Shown in pieces: positions 1 to 13,543 of a DNA stretch of 64,000 bases. The notes beneath the pieces are model-generated. The model worked only from the letters and a program-made list of their open reading frames with translations. It was not told the origin of the DNA and did no database searches. Origin of the DNA: Octopus sinensis (taxonomy: Eukaryota); contig NC_042999.1 of the NCBI RefSeq assembly GCF_006345805.1, positions 10,230,001 through 10,294,000 on the forward strand. Direction: 5' to 3'. Within the stretch, counting starts at the first letter, position 1, and each line of letters starts with the position of its first letter. Position numbers and translations under genes: made by a program.

Positions 1-138
1 TGTTTTTCTGATAGAATCCGACATAGCCATGCAAACTTTGCCTTCAGAAGCGCAATACATTTTCGAATGACATCAATTACTGGACAAATAACAGACAGCT
101 TCCATTATGCATACATGATGTATGTATTTTATATTATA

Positions 139-492
139 CTAGCAATATCGCCCGGCGTTGCTCGGGTTTGTAAGGGAAATAACTATATAAGCATTTTTAG
201 AGATGTAAAGTATAATAGCCATCTCAATATGGTTAACCACAAAGGGGGGTGTTACTGTAGCTTTTTATGTTCTAAGATTTAATAATACGTTTTTAGAGAG
301 TTACTTCCCTTATATATGCCAAAAATGCATTAAAAATGGGAAAAATTGATGGTAATACCCAGAAGGGCTCGATATGAATCACGACTATATGATACCCGGT
401 TTTGGTTAAATTGCACCGCAAAATGTGGGAGTAGTTAGGAATCTAAATCGTAGAAGACAGACAGCACACAACCTTACTTTTATATATAAAGA
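139..492 (-). mobile_element. Non-autonomous Helitron
   Basis: Minus strand starts TC(TTTATATATAAAAG) and ends in GC hairpin CCCGAGCAACGCCGGG followed by CTAG; inserted between A and T without TSD; homologous to 11934-12330. Confidence 0.85.
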
Positions 493-568
493 TATACACA
501 CGCACGCATGCACACGCGTGCACACATACACACACACACACACACATACACACACACACACACACACA

Positions 569-1172
569 CCAGGCTGGGTTGAAAAGTTCATAGGCTGATT
601 ATGGAGTAGTGATGCTGGAGCTGTGAAATCTGACGTCTGACTGTTCAAAAAAGACTTCAAAAGTAACTAATGGCGACTTCTCTTGAAAATTTGGAGTCAT
701 GGTCTTATCAAGTGCCTGCAGAAAAAGGGTTTAGCCTCCCCACCACCGAAGGACAGTGATGCTGACATGATTGCTACATTAGGAGATGATGTTCCAGCTT
801 TATCAAAAGTGCAAAAATGGTCAGCTGAATCGAGGAGTGGAAGGGAGATTCTTGAAGATGACCCAAGGTCTGGACGTCCTGCAACTGCCACCACCGAGGA
901 AAACATTGATTGTGTAAACCCCATGGTGATGGATGACAGGCGATTGGCTCTAAATCAAATAGCCAATGCTATTAGCATTTCCGGTGAGAGATTTGAGAAT
1001 ATTCTGCAAAATGGAGTTGGCATGACCAAGGTTTCTACTCGGTGGGTGCCACGTCTTCTGACACCTGATCAAAAGCGAACCCAGGCTGACCACATCACGA
1101 CGAAATCTGACATTGTTTGAAGCAGATCCAGCTGGTTTCCTTTAATATTTCCTAACACAGGATTAGTGTTGG
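569..1172 (+). pseudogene. Truncated mariner (Tc1/mariner) transposase with left end
   Basis: ORF 683-1120 has HTH region (KVQKW...EDDPRSGRP...DRR) and WVPRLLT (mariner WVPHEL motif); continues after a frameshift as EADPAGFL*YFLTQD*CW (decayed FLxxIVTGDETW); TIR-like CCAGGCTGGGTTGAAAAGTTC upstream. Confidence 0.85.
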
Positions 1173-1938
1173 GATAATCTGATTAATTCCCGGCCTGGAA
1201 GATAAACTTAGTCCTTCCTCTTCCTTGTCTCAGAAACCCTTTAGAAGATCAAGGGAACTGCTCAAACTGATTTAATTGAGTCATAGAAAAAAATGAAAAA
1301 TATGTGGCTTTTCTTTATTTTAGAGATTAATATTTATGGTAATAATTTCGAAAAATCTTCATTGAAGAATAGGCAAAGTTTAGGCTTATGACGCCATCTT
1401 GTTTTTCAGGAACCACGAATACAAAAATAACTATGAATAATTGAGCTAGCATATGTTTAGATTATCTAAACCCGATAACAAGGGAGTGTGTTTCATATTA
1501 AACTGGTTCCTACAAGAGTCATCTAGCTGCTTTTGGAAAAGATAACCGAAGAAATCAAGATTTACAAAAGGGTTTTAATATTCAGACAAACAATGGCCGG
1601 CTTTTTAGTGAGCAGAAAATTAGAATTTAAAATTTAGAATTTTGCCGAACGAGCAACCAATGTAGAAGAGAAAGACTACAAACAAAAACTAAGTACAAAA
1701 CGAAATGGTTTGATGGAAGTGAAATTAATTCTTTAGAAGATAACCAAGAAAGACAGGAAGTGTAAAAAAGATAAACGGGAAATTGTAAAAATTCAGATGA
1801 ATCATAAACCACCAGGAAGACAAGATGCAAGAGAACAACACATACGTAAACATACATTACAGATGTTGGCGCGCGCGAGCACGTGTGTGCGTGCAGGTAT
1901 GTCTATGGATATGTTTGTGCATGTATATTTATATATAT

Positions 1939-2002
1939 ACCGGAGTAAACACATAAATGTGAAACAAGGTGGAAAAAAGAGTACTCAATACCAGTGGTAT
2001 AT

Positions 2003-2072
<70 letters not shown>

Positions 2073-2232
2073 TGCTTTATTAAAGCAGCAGAAAATTCAA
2101 CAAAACCTGTTACTCTGAGTTTCCCGTTGCCGTTCATCGGAGAGTTTTTGCTAGAAAAAACTGTCTGATGAACGGCAACGGGAAATTCAGAGTAACAGGT
2201 TTGTTGAATTTTCTGCTGCTTTAAATAAAGCA

Positions 2233-2237
<5 letters not shown>
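1939..2237. mobile_element. Palindromic Penelope-type pLTR module with hammerhead motifs, in (TA)n
   Basis: Inverted arms about 2068-2149 and 2155-2237; homologous to 28137-28295. Confidence 0.75.
2157..2202 (+). ncRNA. Minimal type I hammerhead ribozyme motif
   Basis: CTGT-CTGATGA(2165-2171)-ACG GCAA CGG-GAAA-TTCAGAG-TA-ACAG; mirrored copy with CCGATGA core on minus strand about 2103-2148. Confidence 0.65.
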
Positions 2238-2280
<43 letters not shown>

Positions 2281-2711
2281 ATATATTATATACATACATA
2301 TAACATGTATTCTTTATACACACGCGCGCGCATACATATATCCTTTTATTGGCTTCAGTCGATAATTTGGGCCATCATAGAGTGTCACCTTCAAGTTTGT
2401 ACAGACAAGCAAGTCTAAACCGTTTCGTATTTAAGTCTGGGTGCTTAGTAATCTGTAATTGCCGTCAAGTGTTGGTAATGAGTCAGAGAGGGACATAGCA
2501 TAAACGACTCGGGTGTAAATACAGACGCGCATACACACATGCATACAGACAGACAGACAGACAGACCGGCGTACATACAGCACAGAAAAGACATTCCTGT
2601 CAATGCACAAGTGTGCTATTTTTAAATATGTGCGGTTGCTATGTGACGTATGAATATAGTCGTAGCTACGAACACGAATATGCATTCTTACTTTCATATA
2701 TACATACATTA

Positions 2712-2744
<33 letters not shown>

Positions 2745-2843
2745 AAATCCACTTGGTTTATATGGATAATACCAACTAAATTCTGGTGCATTTAACTTAA
2801 GTACCATATTCATCTAAATCTAAATTTTTACTGAACTTATATA

Positions 2844-2877
<34 letters not shown>

Positions 2878-2880
<3 letters not shown>

Positions 2881-3058
2881 TTTATTCTTTTACTTGTTTC
2901 AGTCATTTTGACTGTGGCCATGCTGGAGTACCACCTTTAGTCGAGCAAATCGACCACAGGACTTATTCTTTGTAAGCCTAGTACTTATTCTATCGGGCAC
3001 TTTTGCCGAACCGCTAAGTTACGGGGATGTAAACATACCAGCATCGGATGTCACAAAA

Positions 3059-3124
<66 letters not shown>

Positions 3125-3180
3125 GACGGGCTTGCTTTCAGTTTCCCTCTACTAAATCCACTCACAAGGTTTTGGTCTGC
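2878..3180 (-). mobile_element. tRNA/CORE-like SINE family B, 5'-truncated
   Basis: Reverse complement of tail GCTCCAGCATGGCCACAGTCAAAATGACTGAAACAAGTAAAAGA and body shared with 45460-45862. Confidence 0.85.
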
Positions 3181-3184
3181 AAAG

Positions 3185-4075
3185 ATCCTAGATCAAAATT
3201 CCCCAAAGTAGAAAAATAGCATTCAGCCAAAACATAGACATTTGCGCCAATAACAAAAATCCAAGCTTCAGAATTTTTCCCCTCTACTAATTCAGGGACG
3301 ATACAACCTGCAGCCAACGAATTAGTAAAGAGACTCTCTTTATTACAAAATACAGACCCCTTTTGAATGCGTCTACAACGCCAAATTCACCACGGGCCTT
3401 ATATTACTCAAACACACACGCAAATATTAAAAATGATTCACTCAAGAGATTCCCAAGAATTCATTAAAAAAACAGTCCCAATCATTACTATAATCCATAA
3501 TGAATCACTTTTAGGTCACTTGACCATTTAACATCCTACTACTATCATACTACCTACATTCCTTCTTATTCTCCCTTCTCTTTCTCCTTCTTCTTCGTCA
3601 TCTTTCTCTCCGCCACCTCCTTCCTAACTTTACCGCTATTGCTGTGTAGAATAACACCTACGCAAATTTTATAAACAAAACATTCAAAAGAGGTGTCTCG
3701 AGAATTCAATCACTACTACCATCCACAACGGGTCACTTTCAGGGCACTAGACCATTTAACATACTACTATCATGGCACTCCCACACTCTTCTTCTTCTTC
3801 CCTATCAAGAATTCACAACGACCTCGAGCCCACAAGAGTAAACAAGAGAGACAGAGAAGGCAGAAACAAGGAAAATATCCCTTGTATTTGAATACTATGC
3901 AAATATTCTTTTTAAAAAAGTTCCTTTAATTTTTCCAAAATTTAATTGTTTTCCATACTTACAGTTGAAAAAGTCTCAATGCCTGAAACCGGTACAGAAA
4001 TGTTTTTTATAAAATTATTTTAGCATTTTCTACCTTGACTTTTTTCCATATATATCAACTCGTGTGTTCCTTTTC
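3185..4075 (+). mobile_element. Penelope-like element 3' fragment (GIY-YIG C-terminus plus pLTR)
   Basis: About 3215-3370 translates AFSQNIDICANNKNPSFRIFPLY*FRDDTTCSQRISKETLFITKYRPLLNA (PLE endonuclease end, KExLFI..xPxLN); degenerate HHR TTGAAAA...GCCT GAAA CCGG TA CAG near 3964-3997. Confidence 0.7.
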
Positions 4076-4110
4076 AATCTAATTATACACACACACACAC
4101 ACACACACAC

Positions 4111-4148
<38 letters not shown>

Positions 4149-5194
4149 GTATTGGCATCTAGAAGACTCAAAGAATGGCAGGTAACGCTAAGTGCTATGG
4201 ACAGACAGTAGTTAAACTCTTGGTTCGATAGTGATACGAGTGAGGAGTCTAATGTGGGTCTTGTATTGGCATGTATGTATATATAAGACAATACCTTGGC
4301 TTTGTTATCTCATTTTGTCTAATATGTGTGTGTGTGCGTGTGTGCGTGTGTGTGTGTGTAGGCACATATGTCGCGTGTACAAACACAAGTATATTTAGAT
4401 TCCTACGTGCAAGCAGCTATAAGATGTAGACGTAACTACAACCACGAAAGTGCTAAAAATGTTGATACAATGAAAGTGACATTAACTAACGATCAAACTT
4501 TGAGTGTTTGTTTTAACCTCCCCCCACACACACACCACCCTATAAACTGACAAGTACAGCCGTCCTCTCTTTGTGACTCTAAACACGCACACAAAGGCTG
4601 ACACAGACAATGACTGAGATATACTATCAAATACACTTCAATGCATTTACACACACAGGCACGAACACATAAATTACATATACATATATATTGTACTACT
4701 ATCTTAGTTTACACCCGTCCATCATTTAGTTCCCATAACATTTTTCTCCTAATCCCTACCACTACAACCACCACCTTATCATCCCTAATTCTAAAACTTG
4801 CCATTAGCTACTCATTATATACATTTTATATTTTCTGTATATTTCCATTATAATTTTGCTTATCATCACACTTGTATTTATTCAGTTATCTCATCATTCA
4901 CTCGTCTGCATTACATACAGAGCAACACTAATATTCATAAACGCAAAAAAGAAGAAAGTTAAATATTATATGATATAATCCTACATGTGGTTTAAATGTA
5001 CGTTCCAAAGATACCAAGATTTTCCTGAACCTGCTGAATAAACCTTCCCCCTAAGGACTATAAATACAATCACATTTTTAAACAATAACAAAACTTATAA
5101 ATAAAAAGACTTTTTTCAGTCCGGAAAAGTCTTATCTGTGTAATGGCTGGAACATTAGTTAATCGAGCAACGGCGACAAATTATGTATTATTAG

Positions 5195-5362
5195 CCTTTA
5201 ATTTCGTCCTTATATTCTGAGTTCAAATTCCGCCGAGGTCGACTTTGCTTTTCATCCTTTCGGGATCGATGAAATGAGTACCAGTTGAGCACTGGGGTCG
5301 ATGTAATCGAATTACCCCCTCCCCTGTATTTGCTGGACTTGTGCCAAAATTTGAAACCAATA
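5195..5362 (+). mobile_element. Nin-domain SINE family A, partial
   Basis: GAGTTCAAATTCCGCCGAGGTCGACTTTGCTTTTCATCCTTTCGGGATCGAT...GTACCAG. Confidence 0.85.
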
Positions 5363-5569
5363 TTCATATAAAATACCGTGTGGAGTTGCGGCATTGAATT
5401 AATTGATAATTAATCATAGAGGATGGGGAGGAGGAGGAGGACTAATTACATAATTAAATAATAATTTTGGATGGTGTATCCAATTATACAACATTTTCTA
5501 CTTTTAAAAAGCAAACCACAGTAGAATTAAATGCTGTGATTTGAGAAATTGTCAGAAGAAACTGACGTC

Positions 5570-5738
5570 TGCAGAAGTTCAACAATTTCGGAGAGAAAGG
5601 GGTAAGTCAATTATATCGACCGCAGTGCTTAACTGGTACTTATTTTATCGACCCTGAAAGGATAAAAGGCATAGTCGACCTCTGCGGAATTTGAACTTTT
5701 ATACGGTGTGCGAACGATTCTGCCAGCTCGCCACCTTA
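5570..5738 (-). mobile_element. Nin-domain SINE family A
   Basis: Reverse complement of TAAGGTGGCGAGCTGGCAGAATCG head, B box and Nin core. Confidence 0.8.
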
Positions 5739-5849
5739 ACGGTTGCAAAATTATGAAGAATTAGCTAAACGCCATTCTATGGCCAAATGAATAAAATAAG
5801 GGATACAACGACGTATTATGAAAGGGGATAAAAAAGGAAGCGTTACATT

Positions 5850-6134
<285 letters not shown>

Positions 6135-6692
6135 ATATGTTTATTTATTAGCCACACAGGGCTGCACACAGGCAGAACAAATTACAAGGTAGAGCTTTTC
6201 TTTTGGGGGTAAAAAAAGGGGGTTGGTTTTCAATCAAAAGGGATCGTAAAAGGAAAGAAAGAGGACAAAAAAAGGGGAGGATTTTAAAAAAAAAGGGGGG
6301 GGGAAGAAAAGAGGAGAGGAAAAAAAAGTTGATCAATAGGGATCATAATCACAGAAATGTCAATATGAAGTGTAAAGGGGAGGACAGGTGAGGTTTACCC
6401 GTGGAAAGAAAAGCCTACGGAAAAGAACACGGTAACCTCGGTCAATGAAGTCACATGTTATATTTCTATTTTTTTTTTTTTTGCAAATAAGCAACTCTCT
6501 GTATTAATTTTTACGGTTCATGGAATCATAGTCAAGGTGGCTTCGTCATTCATACGTGTCATCCTTGCTACATTCACCCATCTTTTTTTAAAACATTCAC
6601 TAGACAAAACTTGCCTCTCTACTCTCACTTTCCTCTTCAAGTGATACTTGAAGAAGTTGATGAGAGATTGACCAGAGAGGAAAGTGTTTGTC
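6135..6692 (-). mobile_element. Tx1/L1-type LINE 3' end
   Basis: TNTFLSGQSLINFFKYHLKRKVRVERQVLSSECFKKRWVNVARMTRMNDEATLTMIP* (stop 6518-6520), then 3' UTR with AATAAA; both ends in (GACA)n. Confidence 0.7.
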
Positions 6693-7322
6693 AGACAGAC
6701 AGACAGACGACAGACAGACAGACAGACAGATAGATAGAGGAACAGAGAGAAAGAGAGAGAGATTCATACAAATTTATACGTACTTTCATATATATATACA
6801 TGTGGGATGTGGTATGTATGTATGTGTATAGATATATATCTATAAATTCGCGTACACATGCATATATGTATACATATATACGTATATATATATATATATA
6901 TAATATGCATATATATGTATGCAACAGCATCTCACGCCCAAATCCTTGCACACCCTCTATATTCCTCTTGCTTGCCCTTTTACCTCACCCGCTTCAAACC
7001 CTCACTTCCACCCTTTTTCTCATGCATAGATACAGACAATACCACTATGCACACACCGACGATCCCTCCCACTAACCCGTGTCACTACACTTCCGCATTT
7101 GTCCACCTCTACACTGATACATCCATTAAAACACGCACTCCACAACCTCATAATGCCTATCTCAAAACATGGATACATTCCTGTGCGCTCACACACACAT
7201 CTACCCCTCTTCCTTTCTTAACCCGCCCCTACAGAACTGCATCCTTACTTGGCTCCTAACACCTCAGCCGTTATTTCTATTTTCTCAACTACTTTTCCTC
7301 TTTCTTACTCTTGATATGCTAT

Positions 7323-7358
7323 TTTTCTGATGAAGGACTAGCGTCCGAAACGTTAATA
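7323..7358 (+). ncRNA. Minimal hammerhead motif in PLE-type pLTR remnant
   Basis: CTGATGA(7327-7333)-A-GGAC TAGC GTCC-GAAA-CG-TT; perfect 4-bp stem II, weak stem I; downstream AGCGTTAAACTAAT shared with the 32619 and 43131 modules. Confidence 0.65.
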
Positions 7359-8144
7359 TCTTTCGTGTTCGGTTTAGCGTTAAACTAATGCGATATTTGT
7401 TAAAACTATTCCTGGTGTTGTATTTTTCTCCTTGTGTTCCTTACATTTACAATTCATGTTTCTGTGTACAGGTATGTGTGTGCGCACGGGTCTAGAAGGG
7501 AAGCTATTTTAGAAATGAGACGTTAGATAACAGTAATATACTGAGTGGCAATTGCATAAATATTAATCAATATCAATCCGATTATCAGATCAATATTAAG
7601 AAAACAAACGTAGAACGACAATAGCAACCACGAGAACTCTAAATCTTACATTTTCAATTTCCCACCATCAACACCACTACTTTCTCCTCTCTCTTTCTTT
7701 CTCTCTGTCACCCCTCCTCTTTCTCTCCTCTCTCTTTCTTTCTCTCTGCCCCCCCTCTCTCTCTTCATTTTACTTCCTCTTTTAGTTCCTGCTATTGCTT
7801 CTAATTATATAGTTCTTCACAAAATGCATGCTTGACGAATTAATAAATCTTTTTCAATGGAATCCGTCGCTTCAGTAATGCACGGAATAGAGAGACGAAG
7901 AGAGAAAGAGCGAATGGAGCAGAGAGACAGAGAGAAAGAAGCTGGGACAGAGAGAAAGAAGCTGGGACAGAGAGAAAGAAGCTGGGACAGAGAGCAGAGA
8001 GTAAAAGAAATCAATTTATAATTCTGGATACGATTTGTTTGAGAAGGAAATAAACACAAATAAATCATTCGCTTTGAAGACTGAATAAATTGTATATTTC
8101 TTAAGGTTTGCACACACACGTGTGTGGGAGTATCTATATATAGA

Positions 8145-8178
<34 letters not shown>

Positions 8179-8189
8179 CCTGTGTATAC

Positions 8190-8239
<50 letters not shown>

Positions 8240-8252
8240 GTATATGTATGTC

Positions 8253-8294
<42 letters not shown>

Positions 8295-8419
8295 GTGTGT
8301 ATGTGTGTGTATGTATTCATACATATATACATATAAATATATATATATATGTATAAATTCATACGTACCAATACATATGTACATACACTATACACCCCAT
8401 ACATAATCTATATCTCTGA

Positions 8420-8690
8420 ATCAATACGCCATTGTCCAGTGTTCGAACGTTGAATCTGCCGGCAAACCTTCCACCAATTATATTTCTTAGAAGCTCTAAT
8501 GCTGCATCCAGAATTCTTCCGAGGCAATCCGTGATATTTCTTGGAAATATGTTTAAAGTAACATAAAGCATTTGGGAGGCAACCGAAGAAAGACGCTCCA
8601 TGCGAATTTAGTTGTTTATAAAAGAACCAATCAATACAGTTCCAACATCAAATGTGCTGGTTTATACGAGTTGGTTCGAACTTGCCCCTT
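8420..8690 (-). pseudogene. Possible highly decayed Penelope RT fragment
   Basis: FDVGTVL...ILDAALELLRN / NWWKFAGRF loosely resembles PLE RT motifs (FDV..LY; LELVL.NNYF.F.G.YY.Q..G.AMG); needs frameshifts. Confidence 0.3.
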
Positions 8691-9110
8691 TCATCTTCTG
8701 CTTCTGTCAGTCATTAGACTGTGGCCATACTGGAGTACCCCCTTAAGGAGTTTTTAAGCCGAATTAATCGCTCCCAGTATTTTTAAAGTTGGTACTTATT
8801 CTATGGATCTCTTTCACCGAGCTACTAAGTTACGAGGACGTAAACACACCAGCATCGGTTATCAAGTGGTGATGGGGGACAAACACACACACACACACAC
8901 ACACACACATATCCAAGAGTTAATGAATGGAGTAGATAAGATCCGGGTTAGATATGTTTCACATCGAGCGGAACCTTGGAAGTGGTAAATATCCAAGGGA
9001 GATGTAATCCAAGCGTAGAAGACAGTCACCTAAATTGCCACGCAGTGGGACTGAACCCGGAACCATGTGTTTGAGAACCAAGGTTCTTACCACACAACCA
9101 CCCCTGTTCC
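8690..9110 (-). mobile_element. SINE family B, interrupted or degenerate
   Basis: Tail 8690-8910 and head 9015-9110 (TGCCACGCAGTGGGACTGAACCCGGAACCATG) separated by unrelated sequence. Confidence 0.75.
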
Positions 9111-9907
9111 TGTTAATTATATTTTTTGAAGTAGAACCTTGTGGAAAAAATGTCACCCGGGCTACATACAACCAATGAAGAGTCGCGTTATGCAACTCTG
9201 TCTCAAAAAGGTGGACAGCAAAACGTAAAGAGACGCAACAGCGTAACTAAGTTGATCTTCTTTAAATGCTAAATGAAACCAATTAGAAAGAATCTTCAAC
9301 TATCCATCGGCCGTCGTTGTCTTGGAGGATTATGCAGAGCAGCTAAAGAGAGGGGGAGGGCGGGAGAACCAAAAACTTTCTTTCATTGGAGTAAAGAACT
9401 TCTATAGTGATTGCGAAATCATTTAGGGCCGACAAAATGTTGCAGAACTGACCGAAAGCTATCAATAAACGAGAAAAAGAACCAAAACCTACCAAATGTA
9501 TTATCGGTGTAATATTTCTTAATTAGGAGCGAAGATTCATTTAAATTCCTCATTACATGTTAATTAGTTCCTTCATCAATTACAGCTGTAGGTGTCGTCA
9601 TTATTTTTGTCCAGTTAAATGAAGTAAATGTAACTCATCAGATTAAGTATTCCGTCTTCATTTTCGGGTTGTATATAAATGGTAACTTAAAGAATTTAAT
9701 TTGCAAACAGATACCAAAGTTTTGTGTGAAAACGCGAAAACTTGAAATGGGAAAAGTTTTCTTGATTATCTTGTTATTGACAATGAAACCGAAGCCAATG
9801 GCGATGACGATGGCTATGGCTACACTGCATCGAAGTCTGTCAGGTGGAATTTACCTATAATGAAAAGATCAAGCTTGTCACACGCTTGTTCACGCTGGTC
9901 TACCTGG

Positions 9908-9954
<47 letters not shown>

Positions 9955-11859
9955 ATACATATATATAAACTAACTTTCTCTCTTTCTCATCACCCCCATC
10001 CCCACCGTGATTTTCTCTTCCTTCTGGCGAATGATTAACGTCCGAAATATTACGGCTTTCCTTTTTTAGCTAATACAATATTTTATTAACTTTATATATA
10101 TATAAAGGTATTAGGACAAATAAGAATACGCTTTCATTTTTCAAGGATAGCACCAACAGGAAATAAGCCACAGGCACCTGAGCTAAAGTGTATGCAACCC
10201 AACTTGCATAAAATATTTACATAGCATTTAGTAGAAGACAAATTTAGGATAGAAAACACTTAAAATGGTTGCTTGTTGAAAACAATCTCCAGAAGTGAAA
10301 TGTCAATTAAGAAGTCAGCACAACAGGTAAACTATTTTGGCTGATGTGAAGATTCTTCTTGAAGCAAGATTAATGTCTTATTTGTGTTGTGCTCTATTGT
10401 TATCATCATCATCATCATCATCGTCGGGTTTTTTTTTTCCTTCTGTGTTTGTCCTTGTTCCGTCCTTCGTCCTTCGTTTCTTCATTTTGCTTTCAAGTCA
10501 GTGATTTTCCAGTATTTCTTGTCCTGGAACCCAGTGCTTTGTTCCAAAGCCATATCTAAAAACGCCAATCGATCTATCGACGGAATTATTTCCAGATGAC
10601 TTAGAACCTACCACTTATTCCCAGCAATTGGATAATCCCAGATAATCCCAGTTAAGCCAGAACAAAGTATTCTCAAAAACTTAACGAAACAACAGCAACT
10701 GCTTCTCGACTCATTAACTAATCAGCTGTTAATTTAATATCTCCTCCGCTCAGCTCATTAACACCTACTACCACTGGATTCTATAAAAGAGCTGTTCAGG
10801 TAGCGAACCTTAGGAAGAAATTCAAATATTTTAAAGGAAGGTGCAACAGTGAAATCAGAACCGATTTCTTTCTTTCCCCAAAGCATTTCTGATGAAGAGA
10901 ATAAACTTCAACCAAGAATCAACAAATCGAAGAATGTCAGAAATTAATTTGAGAATTATGAAGAAAGAATAATGGTTTCTTTTATCAAGAATATAATTAA
11001 TAGATTTTGAGAAAATGAGAAATATGACGCTGTGATGTTTATGTCGTTTCTAAGGAAACAAATGGACTGAGTTGAACTGGTTTAAACTGGAAACTGAAAT
11101 TGTTTCTGCTAAGCCGCCAGCTTAGTTTTACCACTTGAGGTTTTATATGGAAAATGGAAATTTAAATAAATTCTCTTCTTAAATTAAGGCTTAATTCGAA
11201 TGAACAGACCTACCTAAACGTCGCAGAGATTACAGAAATAAGACCGTTCCATAGATTCTTAAAATGTCACCAAAGGTTAAATACAGAAGGCCAGAGATAA
11301 AAAGTATGAAAATAAATATTTATTTACAAATTTAAAATAATCGATGAACTACTCTCGAAAGATAACATTTTATTAATCCAGAGTGGAGATGTCGAAACTG
11401 TTTGGAGATAATTATCTTATTCTAAAGTGTCTCTAAGGGTAGGAACTTTATATCGAATAAACCGACCGTTCCTGGCACGCTTCTCACACATCTACAAAAG
11501 ACGAATCTTTCAAACAGCTCGAGTTAGAGAAAATAGAAAGACCACTATAGAATTAACATAGTTTTCATTATGATTAGCTTGGAGTATCGAGTTTTAAGTC
11601 CTTCCATTGGTGTAGCATGAGATAGAGTACGGAAGTACAGAAGGGTCGATTCTAAGATGAGATACACGATGACCTTTAAACGCCTATAATGAGCCATACC
11701 CTTCTTGGTGCCAGTCCGACAAAATGCAACTCCGGTAGAGTCAACAGCAAATACTGCGTAACGGTTGGCATGGAATCGTTTAGATGCAATGGCGTTGCAA
11801 ATGGAGCGGTACCGAAACAAATGTAACCAACAATAAAACTGTGCTAAATGCGTTCTTCG

Positions 11860-11914
<55 letters not shown>

Positions 11915-11933
11915 TAAGTTTTTGTTAAATATA

Positions 11934-12330
11934 TCTTTATATATAAAAGAGAGGTTGTGTGTCTGTCTCCTACGATTTAAATTCCTAACTACTCCCACAT
12001 TTTGCAGTGCAGTTTAACCAAAACCGGGTATCTTATAGTCGTCATTCATATCGAGCCCTTCTGGGTATTAGCGCGCGTCTACAATGAGTCTACGATTTTT
12101 AAAAAAATTTACCATCATTTTTTTCCATTTTAATGCATTTTTTCGCTATTATATCAGGGAAGTAACTCTCTAAAAATGTCTACGATGAGTCAACGATTTT
12201 AAAAATATTTACCATCATTTCTTTTCCATTTTTAATGCATTTTTTGCTATTTTTTTGGCTATAACTCTCTAAAAATGCTTATATAGTTATTTCCATTACA
12301 AACCCGAGCAACGCCGGGCGATACTGCTAG
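11934..12330 (+). mobile_element. Non-autonomous Helitron
   Basis: A|TCTTTATATATAAAAG...CCCGAGCAACGCCGGG-CGATACTG-CTAG|T; internal duplication of about 100 bp. Confidence 0.88.
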
Positions 12331-12594
12331 TATATATTAAACGTATGATAGAGGGAATTCGAAAATGACGCTTCCAACGTAGAAACCAATCAAATCAAGC
12401 GAGCGATACTAAAATAACGAATGCTTTCCTCTTTGATATAACATCGCTCGCCTTACAATATGAAAAGAAAAAGACAAACAGAATAATAAAGCGTTGACCA
12501 TATAAGGTAATAATCACACAAGACTAATTTAATCAGGATATGAAGCTAGTTGTAGTGCTAGTTTCATATTCTGATTACTACTAGCAGCAGCAGC

Positions 12595-12627
<33 letters not shown>

Positions 12628-13340
12628 TCTTACAAATATATTTCTCAGACTTATCATCAGGATAGTCAATTACCTTTCTCATCAGTTCCTGTTGACGTCA
12701 AAGATAAGGATAACTGGAAGTAGTGACATTCATGAGTTCCCGAAAGCCATCGAGCGGAATAAATGAAACGAAAACAAAGTCGCTGCTTTTGCTCATCCTC
12801 CGCCATGGGCCGGGCCACCCACGCAACGATGAAGACCACAGTTAATGAAGTCTTGTCAAAAAAATCATAAAGAATATAAAATTGCTCGATGAACCCCAAC
12901 TAAAATAAATTTGATTAATATCATAAAAGCATTAAAAATTAATTTCATTAGTTGATCCATCCTCCAACCACCGTGTGTTGTTGGGAATGGGAGAGGGAAG
13001 AGGTTACAATCCGTACCTAACCCTTCATTTTTTCCTGCATTAAATGGATTAGAGGAAAATTTTTAACAGGAAACTTTCTTCTTACAAGTTCTATTACTTT
13101 TCCATCTAGAAATGAATGTGTTGGGGGTCAGTGTTGATTGGGGTGACCAGCACCAAGGTAATAGCTTCCTTTCGACAAATCTCTATATTTTAAGGAAAAG
13201 GAAACAGGAAGCTGCGATGTTCCTAACTTCCTGGAGGTGGTTATCTGTATAAAGACGTGGTTACGCTTTAATCCATTGGAACAGTCAATAAAATCGCCCA
13301 CAGCTTGATATTAATATTAATTAATATTTATAACTATTAA

Positions 13341-13543
13341 TAAGGCGACGAGCTGGCAGATTCGTTAGCACAACAAGCAAACTGCTAAAACAGCATTTCA
13401 TCCGTCTTTACGTTTTAAGTTCAAATCCCGCTGAGGTCGACTTTGCCTTTCATCCTTTTGAGGCCGATAAAATGAGTTGACGACTGGGATTGATGTAACC
13501 CCCACGAAATTACAGGACATGTGTCAAAATCTGAAACCGATAT
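13341..13543 (+). mobile_element. Nin-domain SINE family A
   Basis: TAAGGCGACGAGCTGGCAGATTCG head, GTTCAAATC B box, CTTTCATCCTTTT Nin core. Confidence 0.8.
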
